Below, piece after piece: positions 1 to 11,458 of a DNA stretch of 64,000 nt. The first letter of the stretch is position 1. Each line of letters opens with the position of its first letter. The position numbers and the translations under genes are program-made. Source of the stretch: an uncultured Spirochaetota bacterium. GTDB lineage: Bacteria > Spirochaetota > Spirochaetia > SZUA-6 > Fen-1364. The notes under the pieces were generated by a model that was given only the letters and a program-made list of their open reading frames with translations, ran no database searches and was not told the DNA's origin. The DNA is taken from positions 256,001 through 320,000 of the forward strand of contig CAWAHW010000005.1 in assembly GCA_963781885.1 (NCBI GenBank), read 5' to 3'.

Positions 1-903
1 CAGGACCCTGATCTCCGTCCCTTTGATGCTGACGACATAGGGAGCCTCGGCGTGGTTCTGATCGCGACCCACACCGGAGGTACCGATACCGGATGCTGCC
101 AAAGCGCCAAGCGATTCGACAAAGCCCTGCCTGCCGAAATCAAAGCTGTGGTTGTTGGCGAGGGAGAGATAGGAGAATCCCGCCGACGCCAGACTCTCCA
201 GTGCGCGCGGGTCGAAGCGGAAGTTGTACGACTTGAGCACAGGAACGCCGGATGCTCCCGCCACCGCCTCGAGATTGCCCAGGAGAAGGTCGGCCGCATG
301 GAGAATCGGAAGCGTGTCCCCGAGGACGCGCGCAGGGCCGTCGGGCGCGAGCAGCGCCGCATCCACGCCCCGGGCCGGCATGATGTCGCCAACGGCCTCG
401 ATCCAGGCGATCCGCGCGGGCGCAGGTGGGGCGGCGCGCGCAGGAAGGGAATCGAACCATGCGCGCAGATCGGGGTCATCGCCCTGAATCCCGACGGCGA
501 GATCGCCGACGAGTGCGTAGCCCGGCTGGTCCGGGAAGAGTCCATCGAAAGGAAGCGCCGTGTCGGGAAGCGTGATGCTGTCCAGCGGGACGACGCGGAG
601 GGAGCCTGTCGCCGCAGCCGCGCGGCTGGCCGGATGAGGCACCTCCCAGATTTTCGCGACGGGAGCCAGAAAGACGCTTTCGACGGTTCGGGATCCGGGA
701 AATGCGCCGATGCGGATCACGATCCTGTCGGTCGCTTCCGGCGCGGATGGCACGATCCTGACGGTTCCAGGGGGTGGATGCGCGGCGGCCAGCTTCCCCC
801 ACGCGCGCAGCAGGTTGTCAGGTGCGTCGAGGCTCACCGTGAGGCAGTCGCACGAGGCGAGCGCTGCCAGGAAAATCGCCAAAGAAATGAGAATGCGCCG
901 CAT
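1..903 (-). CDS. CapA/PGA_cap-family metallophosphatase-like protein, probable lipoprotein (3'-partial, runs off window)
   Basis: Read by hand on the minus strand from ATG at 903 (MRRILISLAIFLAALASC...). Contains GDIM, GNLE and LANNHSFDFG motifs typical of CapA. Absent from the ORF track because no stop lies in the window. Confidence 0.75.
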   Translation of the reverse strand, partial: MRRILISLAIFLAALASCDCLTVSLDAPDNLLRAWGKLAAAHPPPGTVRIVPSAPEATDRIVIRIGAFPGSRTVESVFLAPVAKIWEVPHPASRAAAATGSLRVVPLDSITLPDTALPFDGLFPDQPGYALVGDLAVGIQGDDPDLRAWFDSLPARAAPPAPARIAWIEAVGDIMPARGVDAALLAPDGPARVLGDTLPILHAADLLLGNLEAVAGASGVPVLKSYNFRFDPRALESLASAGFSYLSLANNHSFDFGRQGFVESLGALAASGIGTSGVGRDQNHAEAPYVVSIKGTEIRVL

Positions 904-1010
904 GCCCGTGCACGACGCTACTCCGAATGGGGGAGGAGTGTCACCCGTTTCCGCACACGGTCCGAATCCCCGCTGATTGCGCCGCCATTGAAGAAAAGCT
1001 ATCATGCGGC

Positions 1011-2411
1011 ATGGTCAGACGTATCGAGGTATTCGACACGACGTTGCGGGACGGCAACAAGCTGCCGTTTGCCATGCTCTCCAGCGCCGACCGGCAGGCG
1101 CTTGCGGCGCAGCTCGCGCGGCTCGGCGTCGACGTCATGGAGGCGGGTTTCCCGTCTACCTCGCCGGAGGAGGCCGCGTGCGTCAGGCGCATCGGTGAAG
1201 AGACGCGGGGGCCTTATGTCGCCGCCCTTGCCCGCGCGCTTGCCTCCGACGTGGACACGGCGCTGGAAAGCCTTCGCAGCGCGCAGAAACCCTATATCCA
1301 CATCTACATGTCCGTTGCGCCGCTTTTTCTCCGGCAGGTTCTCAAGCTCCGCGAGGAACAAGCGCTGAAGAATCTCGGCACCTGCATCGCCACGGCGAAG
1401 GCGGCAAAAGTCAGGGTGCAGTTCTCGCTGAGCGAGGCGCCGCATGCGAGCGGCGCGTACTTTGCCGAGGTCTGTCGGGCCGCGGCGGAGTCCGGCGCCG
1501 ACGTCATCAACCTGGCGGACACGAACGGCATCATGGTCCCCGACGCCATGGCCGCGCTGGTGGAGGATGCCGCCCGCGCCATCGCGCCGCACCCGGCGAT
1601 CATCGGCGTGCACTGCCACAATGACCTGGGGCTCGCAACGGCGAACTCCCTCGCGGCGCTGCGGGCGGGCGCCGGCCATGTCGAAGTGACAGTCGGCGGC
1701 TTCGGGGAGCGCGCGGGCAATGCGGCGCTGGAGGAGATCGCCATGCTCCTCTCGGCCTACACCGGCCGGTTCGGGCTGACGCACGGCATCCGACTTGAAG
1801 AGATCGGTCCTACGGCGCGGCTATTCGAAAGCCTCACGGGCGTGCACGCGCACCCCAACAAGTCCATCATCGGCCAGGCTGCGCTCGTCGCGGCGCCGGG
1901 CGGCTTTGCGGGAGAGTCCCTGGACCCCGAGTTGAGGAAGCTGCTGGACGAGCGCACCATCGGCAGCACGCCGGGCGAGGCTCCTGCAGCGACGCCGGCG
2001 GAGCCCGACCAGGGGCCGTATGCCTTGGAGGCGTATAACGTGCTCAGCAGCTCCCATTCACCGCCCGTCGGGCTCGTCGTGATCAGACGCGACGGCAGGT
2101 CGCTCACGCAGACGTCGCACGGCAGCGGCCCCATCGATGCGCTCTTCAGCGCGGTGGACAAGGCGCTGGGCTTCTCCACGCGCATGGTCCTGTACTCCGT
2201 CTCCACGCTCGCGGCAGGATCGGAGGCGCTGGCCGAGGTGACCGTGACGGTCGAGCTGCGCGGACGGAGGTTCCACGGCCGACATCGCAGCACGGACGTG
2301 ATCGAGGCGAGCCTGCGCGCGTACCTTCGCGCGTGCAACGCCATTGGCGAATCGGGCATCCTGGAAGGTCCGTCCGAGTTCCACGTGACCGGCGAGTATC
2401 TCTGGGAGTAG
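1011..2411 (+). CDS. LeuA-like (2-isopropylmalate synthase family) DRE-TIM protein with C-terminal regulatory domain, divergent
   Basis: FDTTLRDG, HCHNDLG, GERAGNA and C-terminal GSGPIDA...DVIEAS motifs. Confidence 0.8.
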   Translation: MVRRIEVFDTTLRDGNKLPFAMLSSADRQALAAQLARLGVDVMEAGFPSTSPEEAACVRRIGEETRGPYVAALARALASDVDTALESLRSAQKPYIHIYMSVAPLFLRQVLKLREEQALKNLGTCIATAKAAKVRVQFSLSEAPHASGAYFAEVCRAAAESGADVINLADTNGIMVPDAMAALVEDAARAIAPHPAIIGVHCHNDLGLATANSLAALRAGAGHVEVTVGGFGERAGNAALEEIAMLLSAYTGRFGLTHGIRLEEIGPTARLFESLTGVHAHPNKSIIGQAALVAAPGGFAGESLDPELRKLLDERTIGSTPGEAPAATPAEPDQGPYALEAYNVLSSSHSPPVGLVVIRRDGRSLTQTSHGSGPIDALFSAVDKALGFSTRMVLYSVSTLAAGSEALAEVTVTVELRGRRFHGRHRSTDVIEASLRAYLRACNAIGESGILEGPSEFHVTGEYLWE

Positions 2412-2435
2412 ACCGTCTATCGGCGCCGCCGAGCC

Positions 2436-3585
2436 TCAGTCGCGGCTCAGCCTGAGGCAGGAGACGACCGCGAGCAGCGGGAAAGCGGCGGCCACGATCA
2501 TCATCGTACGCATCCCGACGAGCTCCCCCAGGCTTCCCAGCGGCACCATGGCAAGACCCGCAAGACCCCAGGAGAGGCCCATGATCAGTGACGATGCCAT
2601 GGCAGGCGAGTTGCGGGAGTGTTTCTGTGCGAGCAGGATGAGAAGCGGGTTGGAAAACGTCAGCACGGTCCCCGCGCAGATGATGAGGATGGCCCCCGCA
2701 GCCGAAGGGAAGAGAAGGTAGCCGGCAAGGGCGAGGGGCGCGCCGACCGCGGCGGAGACGAGCACCAGGACCCTCTTGCCCGTCCTGCGGGAAAGCGAGC
2801 TCACGAAAATGGAGGCCACCGCGCCGATGGCGAGCATCACGGTGAAAAGGATGCCGATCGATGTCACGCTCGTTCCCTGCTCTGCCATGGAGACCGGGCA
2901 GGAAGGTGCTCAAGCCCCTCACACCGACGTTGAGACAGAAGTTGACGAAGATGAGCCGCAGGAGCATGACGAGGTCGGCGCGGTCGGCAAAGAGCTGCCG
3001 CCAGGTCGTGTGCGCGACGCCGAGGGTCCGCCTTTTCAGCTCGCGCGACGGCAGAAGAAGCGCGAGGCTCAGCGCGACGAGCACGGCAGGCACGGCGAGC
3101 ATCGGCGTGGCGTGAAAGCCCCACAGCGCAATGAAGAACGCGATGGCCGCCGGGCCCGCGGCATAGCCGAGATTTCCGCCGGCGCTGAATATCGCCATGC
3201 CGATCTCGGGGTGGCGTCCGCTCAGGCTGGGCGTCACCGAGGCGCCCTTGGGATGAAAGGCGGCCGAGCCCAGGCAGCCGAGGAACAACAGGCAAAGGAA
3301 GACGCCGAAAGACGGCGCGGGACCCAGGAAGCTCACAAGCACGCCGGTGAGGAGCGGCGCGAGGTACAGCGACGCGGAAACGCCGAACCTGTCGAAAAGC
3401 ATGCCAAAAAGGGGCTGGCTGAGGGCGGAGGCGAGCGCGGCGACCATCGAGACCGCGCCGACCAGCGAAAGGCTCAGGCCGAACTTCTCCATGATGATCG
3501 GATACAGCGGCGTGAGGAAGCCCATGTAGATGTCATTGAAAAAATGGGCCGTGGCGACGAGATAGAGGATGGGGGAAAGGGGCAC
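2436..3585 (-). CDS. MFS transporter (Fsr-like), frameshifted near 2895
   Basis: AHFFNDIY, SQPLFG..DR and AAFHP motifs; the C-terminal half continues in ORF 2436..2888. Confidence 0.8.
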
Positions 3586-3601
3586 GCGGGGATCCCGATG
3601 C

Positions 3602-4165
3602 TCAGCTGTTCACACGTTCCTGGTATTCGCGCGTCTCCGTGTTCACCAGTATCTTGTCGCCCTGCTTGATGAAGAGCGGCACCTTCACCTTCAACCCCGT
3701 CTCACAGGTGATGACCTTCGTCGCGCCGCTCACCGTGTCGCCGCGCTCCGCTCTTTCCGCCTCGGAGACGGTGAAGATCATCTTCGTGGGCAGCTTGATG
3801 TCGATCGGGGTCTGCTCCCAGAAGACGACCTGGTAGTTCTCCCCGTCCTTGAGGAAGTCGCGCTTCTCCTCCTCCCCTTCGATGGGGATCGTGAACTGTT
3901 CGTAATTCTTCACATCCATGAAGGCGTAGCCTTCCGCGTCGGCGTAGAGGAACTGCACCTCCTTGAACTCGACGGAGACGTCCTCCAGGTTGTCCTGCAC
4001 TTTGTTCGTCTGCTGCAGGACGCGCCCGGTCTTGATGTTCTTCAGCTTCAGCCGTACGAACGCGGAGCCCTTGCCCGGGTTCACGTACTCCCGCTCCGTG
4101 CACACGTGGGGCTGGTTGTTGATGAGGATGAACGTGCCTTTTGCGATATCACTGGCCTTGATCAT
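3602..4165 (-). CDS. efp: Elongation factor P
   Basis: PGKGSAFVR loop, RGDT, ETG..V.VPLFI motifs. Confidence 0.97.
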   Translation of the reverse strand: MIKASDIAKGTFILINNQPHVCTEREYVNPGKGSAFVRLKLKNIKTGRVLQQTNKVQDNLEDVSVEFKEVQFLYADAEGYAFMDVKNYEQFTIPIEGEEEKRDFLKDGENYQVVFWEQTPIDIKLPTKMIFTVSEAERAERGDTVSGATKVITCETGLKVKVPLFIKQGDKILVNTETREYQERVNS

Positions 4166-4186
4166 GTGATTCCTTTCGCGTCTTTT

Positions 4187-5180
4187 TCAGGAGTGTCCGT
4201 GCAGTATAGCGGAAATCGGGAACAAGATCACCCCCTCCAGGGATTTTTCCCGGCGGAAGACCATCTCCAGGCGATCCAGGCCGAGGGCGACGCCGGAACA
4301 TTCGGGAAAGCCGGCGGGGAATATCCGCGCGAGCTCCCGGTCTGTTTCGTGGGGAATGCGGGAGCCCTTCTTTCTCTCCTCCTCGTGGGCAATCAGCGCC
4401 CCCAGAAGGTCGGGGTCGGTTTCTTCCGTGTAAGCGTTGGCGATCTCCACGCCGTCCGCGTACAACTCCCACCGCTGCGACCACGGGGTGCCGGTCTTCT
4501 GCCGCGCGGTGGTGGGAACCTGCCGTGGATAGTCCAGGAGCACGAGCGGCTTCGCCCGGGAGAGATTCGGCTCGACCACGGTCAGAAAGATGATGTGGAA
4601 GGCCTCCTCCCACGTGGGCCGTGCCGGGCATGGCCACGCCGATGCGCGCTGCCTCGCGCACGAGGCTCCCCACCTCCTGGCATTTCTCCAGGTCGATTCC
4701 GGCGTGGCGCTGGAACGCCTCTGCCATCGTGAGCCGTCGGAAGGGCGGAGAAAGACGGCGGCGCGTGCCGGGCGCCGCATGCTCCATCAGGCAGTCGAAG
4801 AGCGCCTCGGTGTGATCGATGGATTCCCGGTAGCCTGCGTCCATCGTGTACCATTCGAGGAGGCGGAACTCGGGGTTGTGATGGGGGCTGTCCACGTCGC
4901 CGTTCCTGAAGCTCCTGCTCACCTGGTAGATGTTGCCCGATCCGAGAGCAAGCAGGCGCTTCATCCACAGCTCGGGAGAGGGGATGAGCCACAGCGGCCG
5001 GGGCTCGCCTCGTCGATCCAGCAGCTCCGTGCGGAAGACCTCAATAGCGGGCTCGGGGATGAGAAAGGGCGCCAGCGTCGGGGTATCGACCTCCACGTAG
5101 CCGCGGCTGTCGAAAAACGCGCGCACGGATGCCTGGAACCGTGCCTGTCGGATGAGCCTCTTTCGGAGCGTGGATTCCAT
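4187..5180 (-). CDS. epmA: EF-P lysine aminoacylase EpmA/GenX, frameshifted near 4625
   Basis: SPELWMKRLL, FRN, HNPEF..LEWY, then EIANAY and GVALGLDRL in a second frame; adjacent to efp. Confidence 0.88.
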
Positions 5181-5306
5181 TCCGGGGGGAGTATAGCAGA
5201 AAAAGCGCCGCGGTTTCGCGTCTGCGGCGGCGCGCGGCCTGCGCGAATGTCACCAGGAGTGACTGCGATAGACACGGCCGGGCATGATCCGTATATTGAT
5301 TGGGCC

Positions 5307-8275
5307 ATGGAAACCCGTGAATCGATACACGGCTTTGACGTCGTTCTCACGGCGCGCACTGCCCGAATACCGGGCGGATGGCCTGCATCTGCGCCACCGG
5401 GCGACCGGATGCGAGGTTCTCCATCTTGCCACCGCGGACACCGAGAATCTTTTTGCATTCTGCTTCACGACGCCACCGCGTGACGATACGGGGGTGTCCC
5501 ACATCGTCGAGCATTCCGTGCTCAGCGGCTCGGCCAAGTATCCCGTGAAGGAGCCTTTCTCCGTGCTCATGAAGGGGAGCATGCACACCTTCCTCAATGC
5601 GCTCACGTACCCCGACCGCACCGTCTATCCCGCATCAAGCTGCAATCACGCAGATTTCTTCAACCTTCTCGACGTCTACGGGGATGCCGTCTTCCACCCT
5701 CTCTTGCGGAAGGAAACATTCATGCAGGAGGCGTGGCGGCTGGAGGCGGGGGAGGGGGGACGCGGAAGGGCCGCGGTACGTCGGGATTGTCTACAACGAG
5801 ATGAAGGGCGCGCGCGCGAGCCCCGATTCCATCGCCGCCGAATGGACGGCGCGCTCGCTGATGCCCGACACCCCCTACCGCTACGATTCGGGGGGCGATC
5901 CAGCCCATATCCCCGGGCTCAGCCTGGAGGCCGCGCGCGCGTTCCAGGCAGGCTTCTATCATCCTTCCAATTGCCGGATATTCCTCTACGGCGACATCCC
6001 GGTGGAGGAGCTCCTGGCCTTCCTCGATGAGAAGCTGCTCCGCGGCTACACGGCGCAGAGCGTCGATGCGGCGGTCCTGTCCCAGAAGGCGTGGTCCGCG
6101 CCGCGCCGGGTGGTGAAGACCTACCCCGTGATGCCGGAAACTCCGCTGGAAAAGCGGGCCATCGTCACCCTTGCGTGGCTGCTGCCGGCCGTCACGGACT
6201 CCGTGGAGCTGGTCACGCACGAGGTGCTCTCCGAGGTCCTGGTAGAAAGCGCCGGCTCGCCGCTGCGCAAGGCGCTCATCGATTCCGGTCTCGGAGAGGA
6301 TCTCTCCCCCGTGAGCGGCCTGGAGACCGATCTCAAGCAGATGATATTCGCCGTCGGGCTCCGGGGAACGGACGCCGACCGCGAGGAACCCATCACGCGC
6401 CTTATCCTCGATACGATCGGCGCGCTCTGCCGGGACGGGCTCGACCGGGGGCTCGTGCAGTCGATGATAAACCGGGTGGAGTTCCGCCACCGGGAGATCA
6501 AGGGAAGCGGATCGCCGTATGGCCTCCGTCTCATGGGGCGCGCCCTGCGCGGTTGGGTCCACGGCGCGGATCCTTTTGATGCGCTGGAGTTTTCCCGTTC
6601 GATGAAGGAGCTCACGGCCCGCATGGCTTCCGATCCGCGCTACCTGGAAAAGAGGCTGGACGCGGGTTTCATCTCCAATCCCCATCGCCTGACGCTCGTC
6701 GTCGACGCCGACCGGGGGCAGGAGCAGCGCGAGCAGGAGGAGGAAAAGGCGAGGATTGCATCCGTCTGGTCGCGCCTGTCGCCTGCCGAACAAGAGGCGG
6801 TGCGCGGAGAGACGCGTGCGTTCAAGGAGTACCAGGCAGCGCCGGACTCGCCTGAATCGCTCGCCCTTATCCCGTCGCTGCGTCGCACGGACATACCTGA
6901 AGCCGTGGAGCGGATCCCCCACAAGGACACCGTGACGGCGTCCGGCGTGCCGCTCGCGTTGCACGATATCTTCACGAATGAGATCGTCTACCTGGACCTC
7001 GTGTTTCCGACGGAATCGCTCACCGGGGAGCACTCGCTCCTTTTGCCTCTTTTCGGCAAAGCCGTGTGCGGCTCCGGGCTTCCCGGCACGCCGTATGACC
7101 ACGTGGCCCTCGATCTCTTCCGTCTCACGGGGGGCTTTTCCGCCGCTCTCGACGCCGGAGGGATCGCCGGCAGTGAGACGGACTTTGCCCAGCACATCTT
7201 TTTCCGCACGCGCTTCCTGCGCCAGAATCTCCGGGACGCGACTGCCCTGATCGCGCGCCTCCTGACCGCGGCGGACTTCCGGGATCTGGAGAGGCTGCGG
7301 GACATGATCCTGGAGCTGCGCAACGACATGAAGGCGGCGCTCGTGCCCAGCGGTCACCATTTCGCCATGCTCCGCGCGGCCGGCATGATCTCCGCGTCCG
7401 TCGCACGCGAAGAAGAGTGGAGGGGCATCACGCAGCTCCTCTACCTTGAAAAGCTCGCGGGAACGCTGGAGACGGACCTTCCAAGGATCGCCGGCGCGCT
7501 GGAGCAGATTCGCGCGGCGCTGCTGTCGAAAAATCTTCTCATCGCGAACGCCACGTCCGCCGTCGACAGCTTCGAAGAAACGGCGCGCGCCGTGGACCGG
7601 CTCGCCTCCGCCCTTCCGGCCTCCGCGACCTCCATGGCGGCGCGCGCGGCGGCGGGCTCCAAGGCCCGGCCGCCAGGGCTCGGCGCGGAGTCGCTCGTGG
7701 CAAGCGCTCCCGTCGGATACGTCGCGCGCGCGGTGCCGGGCATCCGATTCGACCATCCCCTGAGCGGACCCATCGCCGTGCTGGGCCACATGCTCTCCAC
7801 GGGATACCTCTGGGAGAAAGTGCGCATGGAAGGGGGCGCTTATGGCGCCTTCTCATACCCGCGGAACATGGACGGCCTCTTCCTGATGGGATCCTACCGC
7901 GACCCCCATATCGTGCGGACCATCCACGCATTCGACGACGCTCTTGCTTTGATGGAGGAGGGTGAGCTTCCACCGGAGGAAGTGGACCGGGCCGTCATCG
8001 GCACCATCGGCAGGGAAGACCGACCGCTGGATCCGGGGGAAAAGGGCTTCGTGAGCATCCAGCGCAAGCTGCACGGGGTCACTGACGACGCACGCCAGGC
8101 GCGCCGGAGCGCCTTACTTGCCGCGGACAGGAAAGGGATCGCCGAAGCGGCGCATCTCCTGCGCGCTTCCGCCGGTCGGGGCTTCACGGCTGTGATCGCC
8201 AATCGCGCGGCGCTCGCCGAGGCGGCCGCGGAGATGCCGGCGCTCGCGGGCAGGATCATCGAGCTTCCGGAATAG
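5307..8275 (+). CDS. Insulinase/M16C (PreP-like) peptidase, frameshifted near 5345 and 5755
   Basis: HxxEH motif (SHIVEHSVLSGS), VYNEMKG, YHPSN, LWEKVRMEGGAYG spread over three frames. Confidence 0.88.
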
Positions 8276-8290
8276 AAAGATGCGGCAGTC

Positions 8291-9218
8291 ATGAATCTCG
8301 AAGTATTCGTTCTGGGCACGGGGGGAATGATGCCCCTGCCCGGGCAGGGGCCTGACCTCGGTCCTCGTGCGGCGCGAGGGGGAGCTTTTCCTCTTCGACT
8401 GCGGGGAAGGCACGCAGATCGCGCTGCGGCGGCTGAACCTCCGGTGGAAGAAGATCACGAGCATTTTCATCTCCCACACCCATGCAGATCACGTCACGGG
8501 CCTCCCCGGCATCCTCATGCTCTCGTCCCAGGTGGACAGGAGCGAGCCCCTCTGCATCTATGGTCCGCCGAAGATCCGCGAGTTCGTCGAGGCGATGCGG
8601 CGCACTCTGGACATGTACATCAACTACGAAATCGTCGTGCGCGAGATCGAAGGAGGCACGACGGTGGTGCAGACGCCGGAGTATGCCATCAAAGCGCATA
8701 CACTCGTGCACACGAAGCCGTGCCTCGGCTACAGCCTCGTGGAGAACGAACGCCCGGGCATATTTTTCCCCGACAAGGCCCTTGCCCTCGGCGTCCCGCG
8801 CGGCCCGCTGTGGTCCAAGCTCCAGAGCGGCGAGGCGGTCTGTCTCCCCGACGGCGCGACCGTGCGGTCCGACCAGGTCATGGGCGACGAGCGCAAAGGC
8901 CGCAAGTTCTGCTTCGCCACGGACACGACCGCGGCGCCGGGGCTTGCCGATTTCGCCCGCAACGCGGACCTTTTCATCTGCGAAGGAATGTTCTCCAACG
9001 AGTTCACCGACACCGCCGCGGAAAAGAGGCACCTGACGGCGTCGCAGGCGGCGCGTCTGGCCCGGGAGGGAAACGTGAAGAAGCTCGGGCTCATCCATTA
9101 CAGCCCGCGGTATTCCGAGCGGGAGCTGAAGACGCTGCTGGGCGAGGCGCGGGAGATATTCCCCGAAGCGTTTCTCACGCGCGATCTCCAGCACATCGAG
9201 ATGCCATTCGAGGATTAG
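8291..9218 (+). CDS. rnz: Ribonuclease Z, frameshifted near 8345
   Basis: LGTGGMMP, FDCGEGTQ, SHTHADH, LIHYSPRY. Confidence 0.92.
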
Positions 9219-9252
9219 CAAAGTCGGCGGAAAAAGCGGGCAGGGAGAAGGT

Positions 9253-10176
9253 ATGAGAATCGCAATCGTCGGCTCGGGCGCCATGGGATCGCTTTTCGGA
9301 GGGAAGCTTTCGCTCGCGGGGCATGACGTGGTGCTCTACGATGTCTACCGCGAGCACATCGATGCGATCGTCTCCGCCGGACTCGCCATCGAGGAGGCCG
9401 CCACCGGCCAGGTGACAGTCGCGCGTCCGCGCGCCAGCGTGGATCCTTCCGCCGTCGCCGATGCGGAGGCCCTCATCATCTTCGTCAAGTCGACGGCCAC
9501 GGAGGCGGCGGCGGAGCAATTCTGCCGCATCTCCTCCCGGGCGGCGATCGTCCTCACCCTGCAGAACGGGCTGGGAAACGAGGAGATCATCCGGGCACAT
9601 TTCGGTGCGGAGCGCACGGCGGCCGGTGTCACGTCGCAGGGCGCGACATTCCTCGGGCCCGGCCGCATCCGTCACGCCGGGACGGGCCCGACGCACATGA
9701 GCATGTCCGACGGGAACAACGCGCGGCTGGACGCCCTTGCAAAAGCCCTGTCCTCCGCTGGCTTCGAAACCCACGTGGAGAAGGACGTCTCGGGCTTGAT
9801 CTGGAGCAAGCTGGTGATCAATGTGGGTATCAACGCGCTTACGGCCCTCACGGCACAGACGAATGGGCGCCTTCTGGAATCGGAGGAGACGCGATCTCTG
9901 ATGGAAGACCTTGTGAAAGAAGCGGTCGTCGTTGCGCGCGCACGGAATATTCATCTCAGCGACGACGATCCCATCGGCCGGGTGCGCGAGGTCGCGGCGA
10001 TGACGGGCGCGAATCGCTCGTCGATGCTCCAGGATTTCGACCGCAAGCGCCCGTCGGAGATCGACTTCATGAACGGCGCCATCGTGCGGGAGGCCGCGCG
10101 GCTGGGCATCCCCGCGCCCGTCAATGCCACCGTCACGCGGCTCGTGAAGGCCGTGGAAAAGGCGCGTCAGGGATGA
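9253..10176 (+). CDS. panE: 2-dehydropantoate 2-reductase
   Basis: GSGAMG Rossmann motif, LQNGLG, WSKLVIN, SSMLQD...EID..NG. Confidence 0.92.
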   Translation: MRIAIVGSGAMGSLFGGKLSLAGHDVVLYDVYREHIDAIVSAGLAIEEAATGQVTVARPRASVDPSAVADAEALIIFVKSTATEAAAEQFCRISSRAAIVLTLQNGLGNEEIIRAHFGAERTAAGVTSQGATFLGPGRIRHAGTGPTHMSMSDGNNARLDALAKALSSAGFETHVEKDVSGLIWSKLVINVGINALTALTAQTNGRLLESEETRSLMEDLVKEAVVVARARNIHLSDDDPIGRVREVAAMTGANRSSMLQDFDRKRPSEIDFMNGAIVREAARLGIPAPVNATVTRLVKAVEKARQG

Positions 10177-11423
10177 TCTCCGCGGACGAAGAGCGCCTTC
10201 TTTCACGCGTGAAAATCGAAGAGCTCGTGACGTTGACGCAGGACCTCGTCCGCATCGATTCGGTCATCCGGCCCGAGACGGGAGGCACGGAGAGGAACGT
10301 CGTCGCCTATCTTGCAGACTGGATCCGCCGCGAGCTCTCCTGCGAGCCCCTGATCGAGCAGGTCGTTGACGGTCGGGAGAACCTCATCGTCACGATCGAC
10401 TCGGGCCGGCCCGGGCCCTGCCTCATGCTCGAAGGGCACACCGACGTCGTGAGTGAAGGAAGCCGCGACAGGTGGCAGCACGATCCCTTCGGCGGGGAGG
10501 TGGTGGACGGCCGGTTGTACGGCCGCGGCTCCTGCGACATGAAGGCGGGTCTTGCCGTCGCCCTGGTCACGGCGCGCACCCTCGCGCGGGCGGGCGGGGG
10601 ATGGTGCGGCAGGCTGCGACTGGGTTTCCTCTGTGATGAGGAAGGCATGATGCTCGGCATCAAGCACTACATCCAGGCCGGCCATGCGGATGACGTCACC
10701 GCCTGCCTCCTGCCGGAGCCCGAAGAGAACAATCTCTGCATCAGCATGAAGGGAGCGATCCGCGCCATCGTGCGCGTGCGGGGCAGGATGGCCCACGGGG
10801 CGATGCCGCTGACCGGCATCAACCCGAACACCCGCCTGGCGCGCATCGTCCTTGCTTTTGAAAAATACGAGACGGAGGAAAAGGCCCGGTGTGGCCGGGA
10901 CCCCTTCCTGGGTCTCCCCTCCGTGACGTTCACGGTCCTTCAGGCGCCGCCCACGGGTAGCCCTGCCCAGCTCAACGTGATGCCTGGCGAGGCGGAAGCG
11001 TTTGTCGACATCCGCACGACCCTCGGCCAGAGCCACGAACAGGTGCGGGACGATCTGCGGGCAATACTCAGGCTTCTTGCCTCCGCCGACCCGGATTTTC
11101 ATGCGGACATCGACTTCATCGATGACCGACCCGTCGTGGGAATACCGAAGGACGAGCCAATCGCGCGCATTTCCGCGGAGGCATTCCGGGAGGCAACCGG
11201 GCGTGAGCCTGTTTGGAATGGGGTTCCCGGGGCTACGGATGGCACATTCCTCAGTTCGATGAAAGGCATACCGTGCCTGGTTAATGGCCCCGGACCAAGG
11301 CATATGCCTCATCAGACGGACGAATATGTCGAAGTCGGGCAGGTATACGAAGCAGCTTGTATTTATGTGCTCACGGCAATACGTTATCTGGCATGGAAGC
11401 CTGATATCTCAGATCGTCATTGA
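10173..11423 (+). CDS. M20 family metallopeptidase/deacylase (ArgE/DapE-like)
   Basis: GHTDVV, GRGSCDMK, DEE, H..DEY motifs. Confidence 0.9.
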   Translation: MISADEERLLSRVKIEELVTLTQDLVRIDSVIRPETGGTERNVVAYLADWIRRELSCEPLIEQVVDGRENLIVTIDSGRPGPCLMLEGHTDVVSEGSRDRWQHDPFGGEVVDGRLYGRGSCDMKAGLAVALVTARTLARAGGGWCGRLRLGFLCDEEGMMLGIKHYIQAGHADDVTACLLPEPEENNLCISMKGAIRAIVRVRGRMAHGAMPLTGINPNTRLARIVLAFEKYETEEKARCGRDPFLGLPSVTFTVLQAPPTGSPAQLNVMPGEAEAFVDIRTTLGQSHEQVRDDLRAILRLLASADPDFHADIDFIDDRPVVGIPKDEPIARISAEAFREATGREPVWNGVPGATDGTFLSSMKGIPCLVNGPGPRHMPHQTDEYVEVGQVYEAACIYVLTAIRYLAWKPDISDRH

Positions 11424-11448
11424 CAGATGGCTGGCAATCCCATAAAAT
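11420..11448 (+). promoter_or_regulatory. Putative sigma70 promoter of the liv-type ABC operon
   Basis: TTGACA (11420-11425), 17 bp spacer, TAAAAT (11443-11448), just upstream of ATG 11459. Confidence 0.6.
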
Positions 11449-11458
11449 CGGCGGATAT

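Noticed and set aside
52-1368. 438-aa plus-strand ORF and other long overlapping ORFs (e.g. 5720-7789, 32100-34523, 36339-39185)
   Set aside because: Antisense shadows of real genes in high-GC DNA; no motifs.
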